The notes under the pieces were generated by a model. The model did no database searches. It was not told the DNA's origin and saw only the letters and a program-made list of their open reading frames with translations. The translations under genes and the position numbers were made by a program. Below, in pieces: positions 18,949 through 29,122 of a stretch of 64,000 nt of DNA. Source of the DNA: an uncultured Acidimicrobiales bacterium (GTDB lineage Bacteria > Actinomycetota > Acidimicrobiia > Acidimicrobiales > UBA10347); contig CALSSD010000005.1 in assembly GCA_943788915.1 (NCBI GenBank), positions 186,001-250,000 of the forward strand. Reading direction: 5' to 3'. The first letter of the stretch is position 1; the number at the start of each line of letters is the position of its first letter.

Positions 18949-20637
18949 CTACAGCATGTCTTGTGCCATCTCCACAAGCCGGAACTTTTGGACCCGAGCA
19001 GTAACGGTCAACGGCAGGTCTTCGACATCGACAAATAGCACATGAGCGGGCACCTTGAACCGTGCGAGTTCGGCCTTGCAATGTGCGATGAGTGCCTCTT
19101 CGGTGAGCCCACTAGCAGCATCAGCCACCACGAAGGCACACCCGACTTCGCCCATCCGGTCATGGGGGATGCCAGCTACGTGGGCTTGGGCCACGCCGGG
19201 GAATGCGGACAGGACAGCCTCGACTTCGGTCGGCATGACCATCTCGCCACCGCAGCGATAACTCTCCTTGACGCGACCCGTGAGCAATACCGAATCATCG
19301 GCACCAACGATGCCGATATCCCCGGTGTGGAGCCAGCCATTTTCGTCGATCGTTGCCGCAGTTTCCTCGGGTTTGTTGTAATAGCCCGGCGTGACCATCA
19401 AGCCTCGCACCATCAACTCGCCCTGTTCGCCACGGGGGAGGTCACGCCCGGTTACCAGATCGATTGTCTTGTATTCGGCCAGATCTCCGGCGATTCCTGC
19501 CGGACGGAACTTGCCATGTGAACCCGTGAGCATCTCGTCGGGATCTTCGGGGAAGTAACGGGTGGCTGCCGCAGTGGTCTCGGTCTGGCCGTATCCCATG
19601 GCCACTTCTTCGGGCTGGAACACCTCGTTGATCTCGGACCAGATCGATGCTGGGGCTGCGCCTCCGCTGGAGTACATGATCGTCAACGTGCTCAGGTCAT
19701 AGGAGTTGACCCGAGCTTCGTCGAGCAGCGCGAAGGTCATTGTTGGTACGGCGACCATCTCGTCGAGTTGATGACGACTGACGGCGTTCAACATGTCGGC
19801 GGCGTCGAACACCAGGTGTGGCACCACCGCGCCACCGACAAACGAGACCGCCAACATGCATTCGATATAACCGAACACGTGGTACATCGCCAACGAGAAG
19901 ACACACCGGTGCCCAGGTGTGATGGCCCGACTGTGCGCCGAGGCGTAGGCCGCTCGCAGGATCATGTCGTGACGCAACAACACCCCCTTGGAAACTCCGG
20001 TCGTTCCTGACGTATAGAGAATGTCTGAGAAGCTGGCGGGGTCGACCGGGCCGACCTTTTCTGAGATGGCCTCAGCCGTGGCTCCGGCACCGAGCGCTTC
20101 AACATCACCCAACGATTGGCACTCTCGAGAGATCCCATCCGCACTGAAGACAACGACGTTTCTGACCTTAGGAAAGGCGGTTCCGCCGCCGTTCTCGACC
20201 CATCCCGGCATCATCGAATCCAACATGGCGACATAATCCATGTCACGAAATCGGTCCATGGCAACAACTGCAACCGCGTCGGACTGTTCGATCACGTAGC
20301 CGAGTTCGCGTTCGCGGAGCAAGAAGTTCGCGGGCACACTTGTGGCCCCCAGCCGTGCGATCGCGAACTTCAGTGCCACGAACTCGGGATGGTTTGCCAT
20401 AACCACAACGACATGTTCACCCTTGCGAATACCCATCTCGTAGAGGCCAGCGGCCAGCCGGACCGACCAGTCCTGTATCTGGCGGTAGGTCCAGGTTTGG
20501 TCGTCGGTGATGATGAAGGGTTCGTCGGCGAAAAGTTCGACCATGGCATCGAGGTGTTGTGCCAGTGTCCGCGGAATCCAGGTTCCATGGAGGGCATCGA
20601 TAGCGGCCCGGCGTTCGGCCGGAGGGGCAAGGGTCAT
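18949..20637 (-). CDS. Acyl-CoA synthetase (AMP-binding)
   Basis: YTSGTTGVSKG, GYGQTE, GWLHTGDIG, RFKVP; C-terminal TARVQK. Confidence 0.9.
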   Translation of the reverse strand: MTLAPPAERRAAIDALHGTWIPRTLAQHLDAMVELFADEPFIITDDQTWTYRQIQDWSVRLAAGLYEMGIRKGEHVVVVMANHPEFVALKFAIARLGATSVPANFLLRERELGYVIEQSDAVAVVAMDRFRDMDYVAMLDSMMPGWVENGGGTAFPKVRNVVVFSADGISRECQSLGDVEALGAGATAEAISEKVGPVDPASFSDILYTSGTTGVSKGVLLRHDMILRAAYASAHSRAITPGHRCVFSLAMYHVFGYIECMLAVSFVGGAVVPHLVFDAADMLNAVSRHQLDEMVAVPTMTFALLDEARVNSYDLSTLTIMYSSGGAAPASIWSEINEVFQPEEVAMGYGQTETTAAATRYFPEDPDEMLTGSHGKFRPAGIAGDLAEYKTIDLVTGRDLPRGEQGELMVRGLMVTPGYYNKPEETAATIDENGWLHTGDIGIVGADDSVLLTGRVKESYRCGGEMVMPTEVEAVLSAFPGVAQAHVAGIPHDRMGEVGCAFVVADAASGLTEEALIAHCKAELARFKVPAHVLFVDVEDLPLTVTARVQKFRLVEMAQDML

Positions 20638-20677
20638 GGGTTGCTCGTCATCGTTCGTTCGAGAGAAAATGTTTCGT

Positions 20678-21445
20678 TCATGTGCCTGTCCAACGTGGCT
20701 CACGTCGCTCGGCGAAGGCGGTCGCGCCCTCGTGGGCATCGTTCGAGGCCAGCACCTGGTCAACGATTGGCCGCTGGATGTCAAACCGCTCGGTGGCTGG
20801 CCAGGTCGGCGACTCGGCGATGATCCTCTTGGTGGCCTGCACGCCAAGAGGTCCGTTCGCTGCAATCTCGTCGGCTAACTTCACCGCTTCGTCGAGCGCC
20901 GATCCCTCGGCCACCAGTCGATTGACCAACCCCCACCGGTGGCCTTCTTCGGCCGACATTCGACGGCCGGTAAGTGCCAACTCCATCGCGATCTGACGGG
21001 GCAGGCGTTCGGGCAATCGAAGCACTCCACCCGCACCAGCCACCAAACCCCGAGTGACCTCGGGCAGGCCGAATTGTGCCGTGTCGCCAGCCACGATCAT
21101 GTCGCACGCCAACGCCATCTCGAAGCCGCCAGCCAAGGCGTACCCCTCGACGGCGGCAATGACTGGTTTCACCGGTTGTGCTTCGGTGATCGCCGCGAAA
21201 CCCCGCCCCTCGACCTCGGGGCGTTGGCCGGTTTCCGCAAACGTCTTCAGGTCCATACCAGCGCAGAAGGTGCCACCTGCCCCGGTGATGATGCCAACGG
21301 CAAGCCCCGAATCCGCATCGAGCATGTCGAGTGCGTCGGCCATTTCCAGCGAGACGGCATGCGTGATTGCGTTGCGCACCTCGGCCCGGTCGATCGTGAT
21401 AACCAAGGTCTTGCCCCGGTGTTCGGTCTGAACAAAGTGCCCCAT
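20678..21445 (-). CDS. Enoyl-CoA hydratase/crotonase
   Basis: FCAGMDLK, KPVIAAVEGYALAGGFEMALACD, FGLPEVTRGLVA. Confidence 0.92.
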   Translation of the reverse strand: MGHFVQTEHRGKTLVITIDRAEVRNAITHAVSLEMADALDMLDADSGLAVGIITGAGGTFCAGMDLKTFAETGQRPEVEGRGFAAITEAQPVKPVIAAVEGYALAGGFEMALACDMIVAGDTAQFGLPEVTRGLVAGAGGVLRLPERLPRQIAMELALTGRRMSAEEGHRWGLVNRLVAEGSALDEAVKLADEIAANGPLGVQATKRIIAESPTWPATERFDIQRPIVDQVLASNDAHEGATAFAERREPRWTGT

Positions 21446-21494
21446 GTCAACACTATTGTTGACGAACCCAAGCTCGTCAACAATAGTGATGGCT
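21445..21494. promoter_or_regulatory. Divergent promoter region with tandem operator sites
   Basis: TGTCAACA-CTAT-TGTTGACG (21445-21464) and degenerate CGTCAACA-ATAG-TGATGGCT (21475-21494). Together they form a perfect 15-bp inverted repeat (21451-21465 / 21474-21488). Confidence 0.75.
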
Positions 21495-21514
21495 GGGGAA
21501 CGAAGGATTTTTGT

Positions 21515-22411
21515 ATGACAACGCCACGGTTGGACACCAGCCCACAGGCTGTTGGCGTCGTTGGCGCTGGCACGATGGGTACCGGCATCGCCTACGTGTT
21601 TGCCGTAGCCGGTAGCCAGGTCACCGTTGTTGAACCATCGACCGCGCAGGTCGCCGTTTTGTGGGCTGCCATAGATGGCGCACTTGCTGGCGCAGTCAAA
21701 CGCAACAAAATCACTCCCGAGGGTGCAGCGGAGGCTCGAGCTCGCATCCATCCCGTCGGCGAAATCGACCACTTGCCCGAAGCCGCCGACCTCGTCATCG
21801 AGTCGGTTCCCGAGGACCTTGCACTCAAGACGCGCGTGCTCCACCGAATTGAGCAGCGGCGCCCGACCACACTCGCCACCAACACAAGCTCGATCTCGAT
21901 CGACTCGCTCGCGTCGTCGCTTTCCGAACCCGGACGTTTCTTGGGCATGCACTTCTTCAACCCGGTGTGGTCACTTCCGCTCGTCGAACTCATCACCGGA
22001 GCCGCGACAGAATCGGAAACGCTCGCCGCAGCACGATCGGCGGTCGACGCGCTCGGCAAACAGAGCATCACCGTGACCGACATCCCAGGCTTCGCCACGT
22101 CGCGCCTCGACATGAGCGCAGCACTCGAAGCCATGCGCATGCTCGAAGATGGCGTGGCATCAGCCACCGACATCGATCGAGCCGCGGTTCTGGCGTATCA
22201 GCATCCGGTGGGCCCGCTAGAACTGAGCGACATCGTCGGGCTCGACGTGCGCCTCGATATCGCACGTTCACTGCACGCCAGCCACGGCGAGCGTTACGCA
22301 CCACCCGCCATCTTGATCGCCAAGGTTGCCGCTGGTGACCTGGGAAAGAAAACCGGCCGTGGCTTCCATGACTGGACCCCGGCCAACCCTGCAAACGCTC
22401 CTACCACCTGA
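21515..22411 (+). CDS. 3-hydroxyacyl-CoA dehydrogenase
   Basis: VGVVGAGTMGTGIA, IESVPEDLALK, ATNTSSISI, GMHFFNP, HPVGPLEL.D.VGLD, LGKKTGRGF. Confidence 0.93.
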   Translation: MTTPRLDTSPQAVGVVGAGTMGTGIAYVFAVAGSQVTVVEPSTAQVAVLWAAIDGALAGAVKRNKITPEGAAEARARIHPVGEIDHLPEAADLVIESVPEDLALKTRVLHRIEQRRPTTLATNTSSISIDSLASSLSEPGRFLGMHFFNPVWSLPLVELITGAATESETLAAARSAVDALGKQSITVTDIPGFATSRLDMSAALEAMRMLEDGVASATDIDRAAVLAYQHPVGPLELSDIVGLDVRLDIARSLHASHGERYAPPAILIAKVAAGDLGKKTGRGFHDWTPANPANAPTT

Positions 22412-22445
22412 CCAAACCCTCACGACCCGAATAGAGGCACTCTCA

Positions 22446-23624
22446 ATGGCTCCAACCCTGTTCACATCGGAATTGGTTGACACCGCCGACCATCACCCAG
22501 AACTGCGAGCAGCAGTCTCTGGTGTCGCCGGCCAGTTCGGCCGCAAGTACTTTCAAGACGTTGTCGCACGCGACGACAAACCGACCGAGTTATGGGATGC
22601 GCTAGCCGAAGCTGGTTTCCTGGGCGTCCACATCCCCGAGAACTATGGCGGCGGAGGTGGTGGACTGGCCGACTACAACATCGTGATCGAGGAGACGGCC
22701 GCTCAGGGTTGCCCGGTGTTGTCGCTGGTGATTGGTTCCATCACCGCACCGATCATCACCGCCCACGGCAGCGAAGCAATGAAGGACACATGGCTGCCCG
22801 GCATCGCGTCCGGCAAGCTGCGCATGTCGTTTGCAATAACCGAACCCGACGCAGGAACCAACACTCACAACATCTCAACAAAGGCCGTGCCCAACGGCGA
22901 CGGCTGGTTGCTCAACGGCACCAAGTACTACACGTCGGGTGTCGACGAGGCTGACTCGATCCTGGTTGTTGCACAAAGCGGTGAACCCGATGCCAGCGGC
23001 CGACATCGGTTATCGCTCTTTGTCGTTGATGCCGACGCCCCCGGCATCACCTGCCAAGACATTCCGTGTGCCGTGCAGGCAGCCGAGAAGCAGTTCACGG
23101 TGTTCTTCGACGACGTAGAGATGGGGCCCGAGGCTTTGATCGGCACCGAGGGCAACGGCTTGCGTCAGGTCTTCGCCGGGCTGAACCCAGAACGAGTCGC
23201 AGCATCGGCCATCAACAACGGCATCAGCCGGTTCGCTCTCGAAGCAGCTGCCCAATACGCCAACGACCGGGTGGTGTGGAGCAAGCCAATCGGTGGACAC
23301 CAGGGAATCGCCCACCCTCTTGCCGAGGCCTACATCCAGGTGCAACAAGCCCGATTGATGGCCGCTCGAGCCGCCGACCTGTACGACCGAGGATCCGAAG
23401 ACGCAGGCGAGATCGCCAACATGGCCAAGTTTGCAGCCGCCGATTCGTCGCTCGTTGCCCTCGACCGAGCCATTCAAACCCACGGAGGAAACGGCCTGGC
23501 GCTCGAATACGGCCTGGCCGATTTGTGGTTCGTCGCCCGACTCCACAAAACCGCGCCGGTGAGTCGTGAGATGATCCTGAACTTCGTCGCCCAACACAGC
23601 CTCGGCCTCCCCAAGAGCTACTGA
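22446..23624 (+). CDS. Acyl-CoA dehydrogenase (paralog of 17695-18882)
   Basis: SFAITEPDAGTNTH, GLNPER, THGGNG, APVSREMILN, ends LGLPKSY. Confidence 0.92.
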   Translation: MAPTLFTSELVDTADHHPELRAAVSGVAGQFGRKYFQDVVARDDKPTELWDALAEAGFLGVHIPENYGGGGGGLADYNIVIEETAAQGCPVLSLVIGSITAPIITAHGSEAMKDTWLPGIASGKLRMSFAITEPDAGTNTHNISTKAVPNGDGWLLNGTKYYTSGVDEADSILVVAQSGEPDASGRHRLSLFVVDADAPGITCQDIPCAVQAAEKQFTVFFDDVEMGPEALIGTEGNGLRQVFAGLNPERVAASAINNGISRFALEAAAQYANDRVVWSKPIGGHQGIAHPLAEAYIQVQQARLMAARAADLYDRGSEDAGEIANMAKFAAADSSLVALDRAIQTHGGNGLALEYGLADLWFVARLHKTAPVSREMILNFVAQHSLGLPKSY

Positions 23625-25267
23625 TGACCGACACCAGAGGCCCTCAAACCCCACTCCCTGAAACAGTGCTTCCTCAAACAGTGCTTCCTCAAACAGTGCT
23701 TCCTCAAACAGTGGCCGACGTCGTCCGCCGCTTCGCCCGAGAGACACCTGACGCCCGGGCGCTGACCTTCGTGGATGCCCACGCGACCAAAACCACCCAG
23801 ACGTTCGCCGAGCTCAACGAACGTTCGTCGAAAACGGCGAATGCGCTGCTCGACGCAGGCGTTGGTCACGGCGAACGTGTCGCCATTCTGGCCATCAACG
23901 CGCCTGTCTTTTTCGAACTTGGGTTCGCCACCAGCAAGATCGGTGCTGCCCTTGTTGGTCTCAACTGGCGGCTGGCGCCGCTTGAGATCGAGGCGATTCT
24001 GGCCGATGCCGGGGCCACTCTTCTTATTGTCGACCGTGAGCTTGATCATCAGCTGACCGACGGCGTAAGGGCAATGGACGGCATCGAGATCGTGACCGAC
24101 CTGGAATGGCAGGCCAGAGTCGACGCAGCCGACGCCGCCGACCCACGTCACGACGTGAGTGGCGACGATATTGTGTTCATCCTCTACACATCGGGCACCA
24201 CTGGCGTGCCAAAGGGTGCCCAGCTCACCAACCACAACATGGTGCACACCACGCTGATCGCCAGCCAGCCGTATCGCATGACTTCCGCGAGCACCAATCT
24301 GGTCGCCATGCCGCTGTTCCATGTTGGTGGCATGGGATATGGACTGTCGGGGTTCTGCGTCGGCGGCCACACGGTGCTGCGTCGAGACGCTGATCCCACA
24401 GCCATCATCGACAATATGGAAACCGAACGTGTCACCCACGCGTTTTTCGTCCCTGCCGTGATCCAGATGTTGCTCGATGTTCCTGGCGCCGATGAGGCCG
24501 ATCTATCGAGTATGGAAGTCATGGTCTATGGCGCTGCACCCATCGGCGACGCCGTCCTGCGGCGCGCCATCTCCGTCTTTGGGTGCGGGTTCCTGCAGGC
24601 CTACGGCATGACCGAAACGGCGGGTGCGATCGTGGGCCTTGACCCCGAGGACCATGACCCCGACGGCGATCGAGCACACCTGCTTCGCAGCTGTGGCCGA
24701 GCCTTTCCGTGGGTAGAGATCCGGTTGGTTGATCCCGACAGCATCGCGAATGGCACGCCGACCGACGTAGAACACGGACAAGTCGGCGAGATCTGGACCC
24801 GGTCCGCGCAAAACACGCCCGGCTACCGCAACCGCCCCGAAGCCACCGCCGAAGCCCTGACCAGCGACGGATGGCTACGGACCGGCGATGCCGCCTATGG
24901 CGACGAGAACGGCTACCTGTTCCTCTTCGATCGGTTCAAGGACATGATCGTGTCCGGGGCAGAGAACGTGTATCCCGCCGAAGTCGAGAACGTGCTCTAT
25001 GACCACCCCGACATTGCCGAAGTTGCGGTGATCGGTGTCCCCGACGAGAAGTGGGGCGAAACGGTCAAGGCCATCGCCGTTGCCCGGCCAGGACACACCA
25101 TCGAAGCAGACTCACTGATCGAGCTCTGCCAGAGTCGATTGGCGAAGTACAAATGCCCGACATCGGTTGACGTAGTCGATGTACTCCCCCGCAACGCCAG
25201 CGGGAAGGTACTCAAGACCGAACTTCGAGAGCCATACTGGGCTGGCCAGGACAGGAGAATCTCATGA
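23624..25267 (+). CDS. Long-chain fatty acid-CoA ligase
   Basis: YTSGTTGVPKG, YGMTE, GWLRTGDA, DRFKDMIVSGAENVYPAEVE, PRNASGKVLK. Confidence 0.93.
   Translation: MTDTRGPQTPLPETVLPQTVLPQTVLPQTVADVVRRFARETPDARALTFVDAHATKTTQTFAELNERSSKTANALLDAGVGHGERVAILAINAPVFFELGFATSKIGAALVGLNWRLAPLEIEAILADAGATLLIVDRELDHQLTDGVRAMDGIEIVTDLEWQARVDAADAADPRHDVSGDDIVFILYTSGTTGVPKGAQLTNHNMVHTTLIASQPYRMTSASTNLVAMPLFHVGGMGYGLSGFCVGGHTVLRRDADPTAIIDNMETERVTHAFFVPAVIQMLLDVPGADEADLSSMEVMVYGAAPIGDAVLRRAISVFGCGFLQAYGMTETAGAIVGLDPEDHDPDGDRAHLLRSCGRAFPWVEIRLVDPDSIANGTPTDVEHGQVGEIWTRSAQNTPGYRNRPEATAEALTSDGWLRTGDAAYGDENGYLFLFDRFKDMIVSGAENVYPAEVENVLYDHPDIAEVAVIGVPDEKWGETVKAIAVARPGHTIEADSLIELCQSRLAKYKCPTSVDVVDVLPRNASGKVLKTELREPYWAGQDRRIS
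23657..23713 (+). repeat. 15-bp tandem repeat (~3.8 copies) encoding PQTVL
   Basis: CCTGAAACAGTGCTT CCTCAAACAGTGCTT CCTCAAACAGTGCTT CCTCAAACAGTG. Confidence 0.92.
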
Positions 25268-26037
25268 CGCTGCTCGACGATCTGTGCGCAGACTTGCAGG
25301 CCGAAGGCGACGAACTTGCCGACGTGCTCGCCGACCTCGGCGAGACAGGTTGGGAAACCATGACCGCGGCCGAGCCATGGCGAGTCAAGGACCAGATCAG
25401 CCATCTGGCCTGGAACGACGATGCCACCGTGCGAGCACTCACCCAGCCCGTCGAATTCCTTGCAGCCAAACCCGAAGGGCCACAAGCAATCCAAGCAATG
25501 GTCGATCAGGTCATTGTCGATTATCAACATCTGCCAGGCACTGAGATGCTCAGTTGGTTCCGCGGAGCCCGAGGGTCATTGATCCAGGCGTTCGCCGGCC
25601 GGGACCCCAAAGAACGCATGCCTTGGTATGGGCCTGAGATGAGCCTGGCGTCCAAACTCACCGCCCGGTTCATGGAGACGTGGGCCCACGGCTACGACGT
25701 CTTTGACGCGTTGGGTACAACCAAACCTCGAACCGATCGAGTTCGTCATGTCGTCTTCCTTGGGTTGCAGGCTCTACCCAACGCCTACACCGCACAGGGA
25801 CGCGAGCTACCCGATCGGCCGGTGCGTCTCGAAGTCACGTCGCCGTCGGGGGAACTGTGGCGGATGGGACCGGCCGATGCCGACGATGTTGTGCGTGGTT
25901 CGGCGTTCGATTTGGCGTTGGTCGTGACCCAGCGGTTGAACCCTGCCGATGCTGATCTCCAGGCCGACGGCGGCATCGCTGAAGAGTGGTTGCAGATAGC
26001 CCAGGCGTTCGCTGGCCCACCGGGGGCTGGCCGATGA
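25264..26037 (+). CDS. TIGR03084-type MDMPI/DinB-fold metal-binding protein
   Basis: DLQAEGDEL, W.VKDQISHLAW, PWYGPEMS, ARFMETWAHGYD, VTQR, AQAFAGPPG.GR. Confidence 0.8.
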   Translation: MTLLDDLCADLQAEGDELADVLADLGETGWETMTAAEPWRVKDQISHLAWNDDATVRALTQPVEFLAAKPEGPQAIQAMVDQVIVDYQHLPGTEMLSWFRGARGSLIQAFAGRDPKERMPWYGPEMSLASKLTARFMETWAHGYDVFDALGTTKPRTDRVRHVVFLGLQALPNAYTAQGRELPDRPVRLEVTSPSGELWRMGPADADDVVRGSAFDLALVVTQRLNPADADLQADGGIAEEWLQIAQAFAGPPGAGR

Positions 26038-26801
26038 CGGCGTCCTCGACGGCAAACGTGCTGTGGTCACCGGAGCTGCCGGCGCCTTGGGTAGCGCCAT
26101 CGCAAGTCGGTTCGTAGCCGAAGGTATCGCTGCTATCGCATTGGTCGACGTCGACGCCGACCAGGTACAGGCAGTCAGCGTCTCGCGTTACGCGACCAGC
26201 TGGAGCGACCGCTCGAGGTCCACGAGATCGTCGTCGACGTGACCGACCATGATGCGGTGCTGGTCGTTACCAAGAGATCACCACTGCATTCGGCGGCCTC
26301 GACATATCGGTGAACAATGCCGGCATCGTCGCCCCCAGCGGGCGCATCCACAATGTGAGTCCCGAAGACTTTCGCCAGGTTCTCGATGTGAACCTGATGG
26401 GCATCTTCAACACCATGAAAGCCTCGATTATCGCCATGCGAGGTGCAGGCGGCGGGTCGATCGTGAACACGGCGAGCGTTGCTGGGTTCACGAACTGGAC
26501 GCACAACAGCCCGTACGGGGCGAGCAAGGCCGCGGTCATCCAGTTGACCAAGATCGCTGCCGCCGAATATGCAAACGATCAGATACGAGTCAATTGCGTG
26601 TCGCCAGGCACGTTCGTGACCAGCTTCCACGATGACTTGCCAGCTGGCGCAATGGACGGCGTGTTGGCTCGGCACCCCTTGGGTCGTTTCGGCGAGACGC
26701 CCGAGATCGCGTCCGCCTACGTCTACCTCGCCAGCGACCAAACAAGCTGGGTGACCGGCACCAACCTGGTCTTCGACGGCGGCATGTCCGTTAGCCAGTA
26801 A
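26034..26801 (+). pseudogene. SDR oxidoreductase with three apparent single-base deletions in the 5' part
   Basis: ATGA overlap at 26034. Segments VLDGKRAVVTGAAGALG, LEVHEIVVDVTDHDAV and FGGLDISVNNAG...YGASK...IRVNCVSPG...DGG lie in successive frames (shifts ~26040, ~26180, ~26265). Confidence 0.8.
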
Positions 26802-26820
26802 TCAACGATCGGAGCACACT

Positions 26821-27597
26821 ATGACACTCGAACTTTTCTCACTCGCAGGCAAGACAGCACTCGTGACCGGTGGTTCCCAAGGGATTGGATTAATGATCTC
26901 CCGTGGCCTTGTGCAGGCCGGCGCCAAGGTGTTCGTGTCGTCGCGCAAGGCCAACGCGTGCGAAGCAGCCGCAGCTGAACTTGCCGAGTTTGGCGACTGC
27001 GAAGCGCTGCCCGGCGATGTTTCGACGCCAGCCGGAATCGCAGCACTGGTCGCCGACCTTCAGCAGCACACCGACAAGCTCCACATTGTCGTGAACAATG
27101 CCGGCACCGGTTGGGCCGCTCCGCTCGAGGACTATCCCGATAGTGCGTGGGACAAGGTTCTTGGGCTCAATGTCAAGGCACCGTTCAATCTGACCGTGGC
27201 GTGCCTGCCCCTCCTTCGCTCCGCCGCGTCACACGCCGACCCGGCCCGGGTGATCAACCTCGGTTCGATCGAAGGGTTCCGCACCCAGCAGGTCGAGAAC
27301 TACGCGTACGCAACCAGCAAAGCCGCCAACCATCATCTGACCCGGATCCTGGCCCAACGGCTGGCACCCGAGCAGATAACCGTGAACACCATCGCTCCCG
27401 GCCCCTTCCCGTCAAAGATGATGGCGGTGGAGTTCGAACAACGCCAGGACGTCTACGAAGCCGCCAATCCCATGGGCCGCGTCGGGCAACCCGATGACAT
27501 GGCAGGCATCGCGATCTTCTTAGCGTCGAAGGCAAGCAGCTACATCACTGGCCAAGTCATCGCCGTCGACGGCGGCTTTTCGACCGCCCCCTGGTAG
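26821..27597 (+). CDS. SDR oxidoreductase (RhlG-like ketoreductase)
   Basis: LFSLAGKTALVTGGSQGIG, NNAG..W.APLE, YATSK, IAPGPFPSKM, VDGG. Confidence 0.9.
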   Translation: MTLELFSLAGKTALVTGGSQGIGLMISRGLVQAGAKVFVSSRKANACEAAAAELAEFGDCEALPGDVSTPAGIAALVADLQQHTDKLHIVVNNAGTGWAAPLEDYPDSAWDKVLGLNVKAPFNLTVACLPLLRSAASHADPARVINLGSIEGFRTQQVENYAYATSKAANHHLTRILAQRLAPEQITVNTIAPGPFPSKMMAVEFEQRQDVYEAANPMGRVGQPDDMAGIAIFLASKASSYITGQVIAVDGGFSTAPW

Positions 27598-27606
27598 ACG
27601 ACTCCT

Positions 27607-28317
27607 GTGACCGAGACACCAACTGGCGATGCCAACGCCAACGACAACCTGGATAGCGGCAGTGCCATCGGACGCCGCCGCGACCTGGCCCAGTCGAAAG
27701 GTTCACAGGCGTACCAGCAGCGCCGTCGCGAGATCGCGCTTGCAGCGGGCAACGTGTTCTACGAACGGGGTTACGCGGATACGACCATCAGCGACATTGC
27801 CAAAGGCCTTGAGACTGATCGAGCCACGCTCTACTACTACTTCACGAACAAACAAGAAATCTTCGACGCGGTGGTGAGCGAGTTAGCCGAAGCCGACGTG
27901 ACCTACGCCGAACAGGTCCAAGCAAGCGCCGAACCTTCACTGACCAAGCTCCGTCAACTGGTGACCGGTCTCATGAATTCCTACGGCGAGCATTACCCGC
28001 TGCTGTATGTCTATGTCCGCGAGAACCTGGCCGCAGTCGGCGACGAGCGAACCGTGTGGTCAGAGCAGATGCGCACCGTCAATCGCCGCTACGACACAGC
28101 AGTCACTGCGGTGGTGCAAGAGGGCCTCGACGACGGGACGATCCGGCCGCTGGCGTCGGCCCGTGTGCTTGCCTTCGGCATCATTGGCATGGTCGGCTGG
28201 ACGAACCGCTGGTTCGCCCCCGACCGTTCAGCCGAGGATGCCGAGACCATCGGTGCGGCCTATGCCGACATGGTGGTCCAAGGTTTGGCAACCAGACCCA
28301 CCACGGGCGCCGGCTAG
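27607..28317 (+). CDS. TetR/AcrR-family regulator (KstR2-like C-terminal domain)
   Basis: HTH GYADTTISDIA..L...RATLYYYFTNKQEI; C-terminal IIGMVGWTNRWF.P. Confidence 0.9.
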   Translation: MTETPTGDANANDNLDSGSAIGRRRDLAQSKGSQAYQQRRREIALAAGNVFYERGYADTTISDIAKGLETDRATLYYYFTNKQEIFDAVVSELAEADVTYAEQVQASAEPSLTKLRQLVTGLMNSYGEHYPLLYVYVRENLAAVGDERTVWSEQMRTVNRRYDTAVTAVVQEGLDDGTIRPLASARVLAFGIIGMVGWTNRWFAPDRSAEDAETIGAAYADMVVQGLATRPTTGAG

Positions 28318-28327
28318 CACAAGGCCG

Positions 28328-29122
28328 TCAGGCGAACAGGCCGGACCGGTCCCGGATCACTCGTCCAGAAGCGATGACACCATCGACGACGGTGACGATC
28401 CCTGCACTGCGAAGGGTGGCGGGTGTGCCGAGCCGATCATCCTTGCCAGCACCACCTACATAGGTTCCGGTCTGGGTCATGTGGAAGGCAACCCGGTTGC
28501 CAGCGCTGAAGAGGTCATCGACCGTTGTCTCGCCCACTTCTGTCTCCCCCACTTCGATGACCGGGCCACACAGATGGCCGTCCCATTCATCGTCGAACGC
28601 CACGTGGGGTTGACCGTGGATGTTTCCAGAGCGAAGCCAGGTGCGCACCAGTTCCTCGTTGGCCGGGTTCTCCGTCTCGGCCAGTTCGTCCCACGGCGCT
28701 ACGGCTGGCGGTTCGAGTTGATTGGTTGTGCGGTCGGCCAGCTGGCGGCGGCGGGCGTAGTAGTCCTCGAGTGCCCAGTTGGCCGTCAGCCGTTCACCGT
28801 CCCAGAAGTACAAACCAATGCCGGACCAGGCCGCTTGATGGCCGTCGTGACGCATGGACGCTCCGTGTTGGCTGAACCGCAACGCCAACCGGTCGCCATT
28901 ACACATGACTTCGTTCGCGGTCATGCACAGGCCGGGAAACTGTTCCATCTGCTTGGCGACTGCGGGGACGTATACGTCGTCGCGTGGGCCGAGCTCGTGA
29001 CCTCCCATGTACAGCAGGAAGTCAGGATGCATGATCTCGTCGCACACCGAGGTATCGCCACATGCCAAATAGTCGAGCACGTACCGCCGGATCAGCGAGA
29101 CAAATGGGGCGGCGCCAGTCAT
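28328..29122 (-). CDS. SnoaL/NTF2-like (ester cyclase-type) protein, probably two domains
   Basis: DEIMHPDF, QFPGLCMT..EV..NGDRLALRFS.HG, GERL..NW; second LFSAGNRVAFH...GTY repeat. Confidence 0.65.
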   Translation of the reverse strand: MTGAAPFVSLIRRYVLDYLACGDTSVCDEIMHPDFLLYMGGHELGPRDDVYVPAVAKQMEQFPGLCMTANEVMCNGDRLALRFSQHGASMRHDGHQAAWSGIGLYFWDGERLTANWALEDYYARRRQLADRTTNQLEPPAVAPWDELAETENPANEELVRTWLRSGNIHGQPHVAFDDEWDGHLCGPVIEVGETEVGETTVDDLFSAGNRVAFHMTQTGTYVGGAGKDDRLGTPATLRSAGIVTVVDGVIASGRVIRDRSGLFA

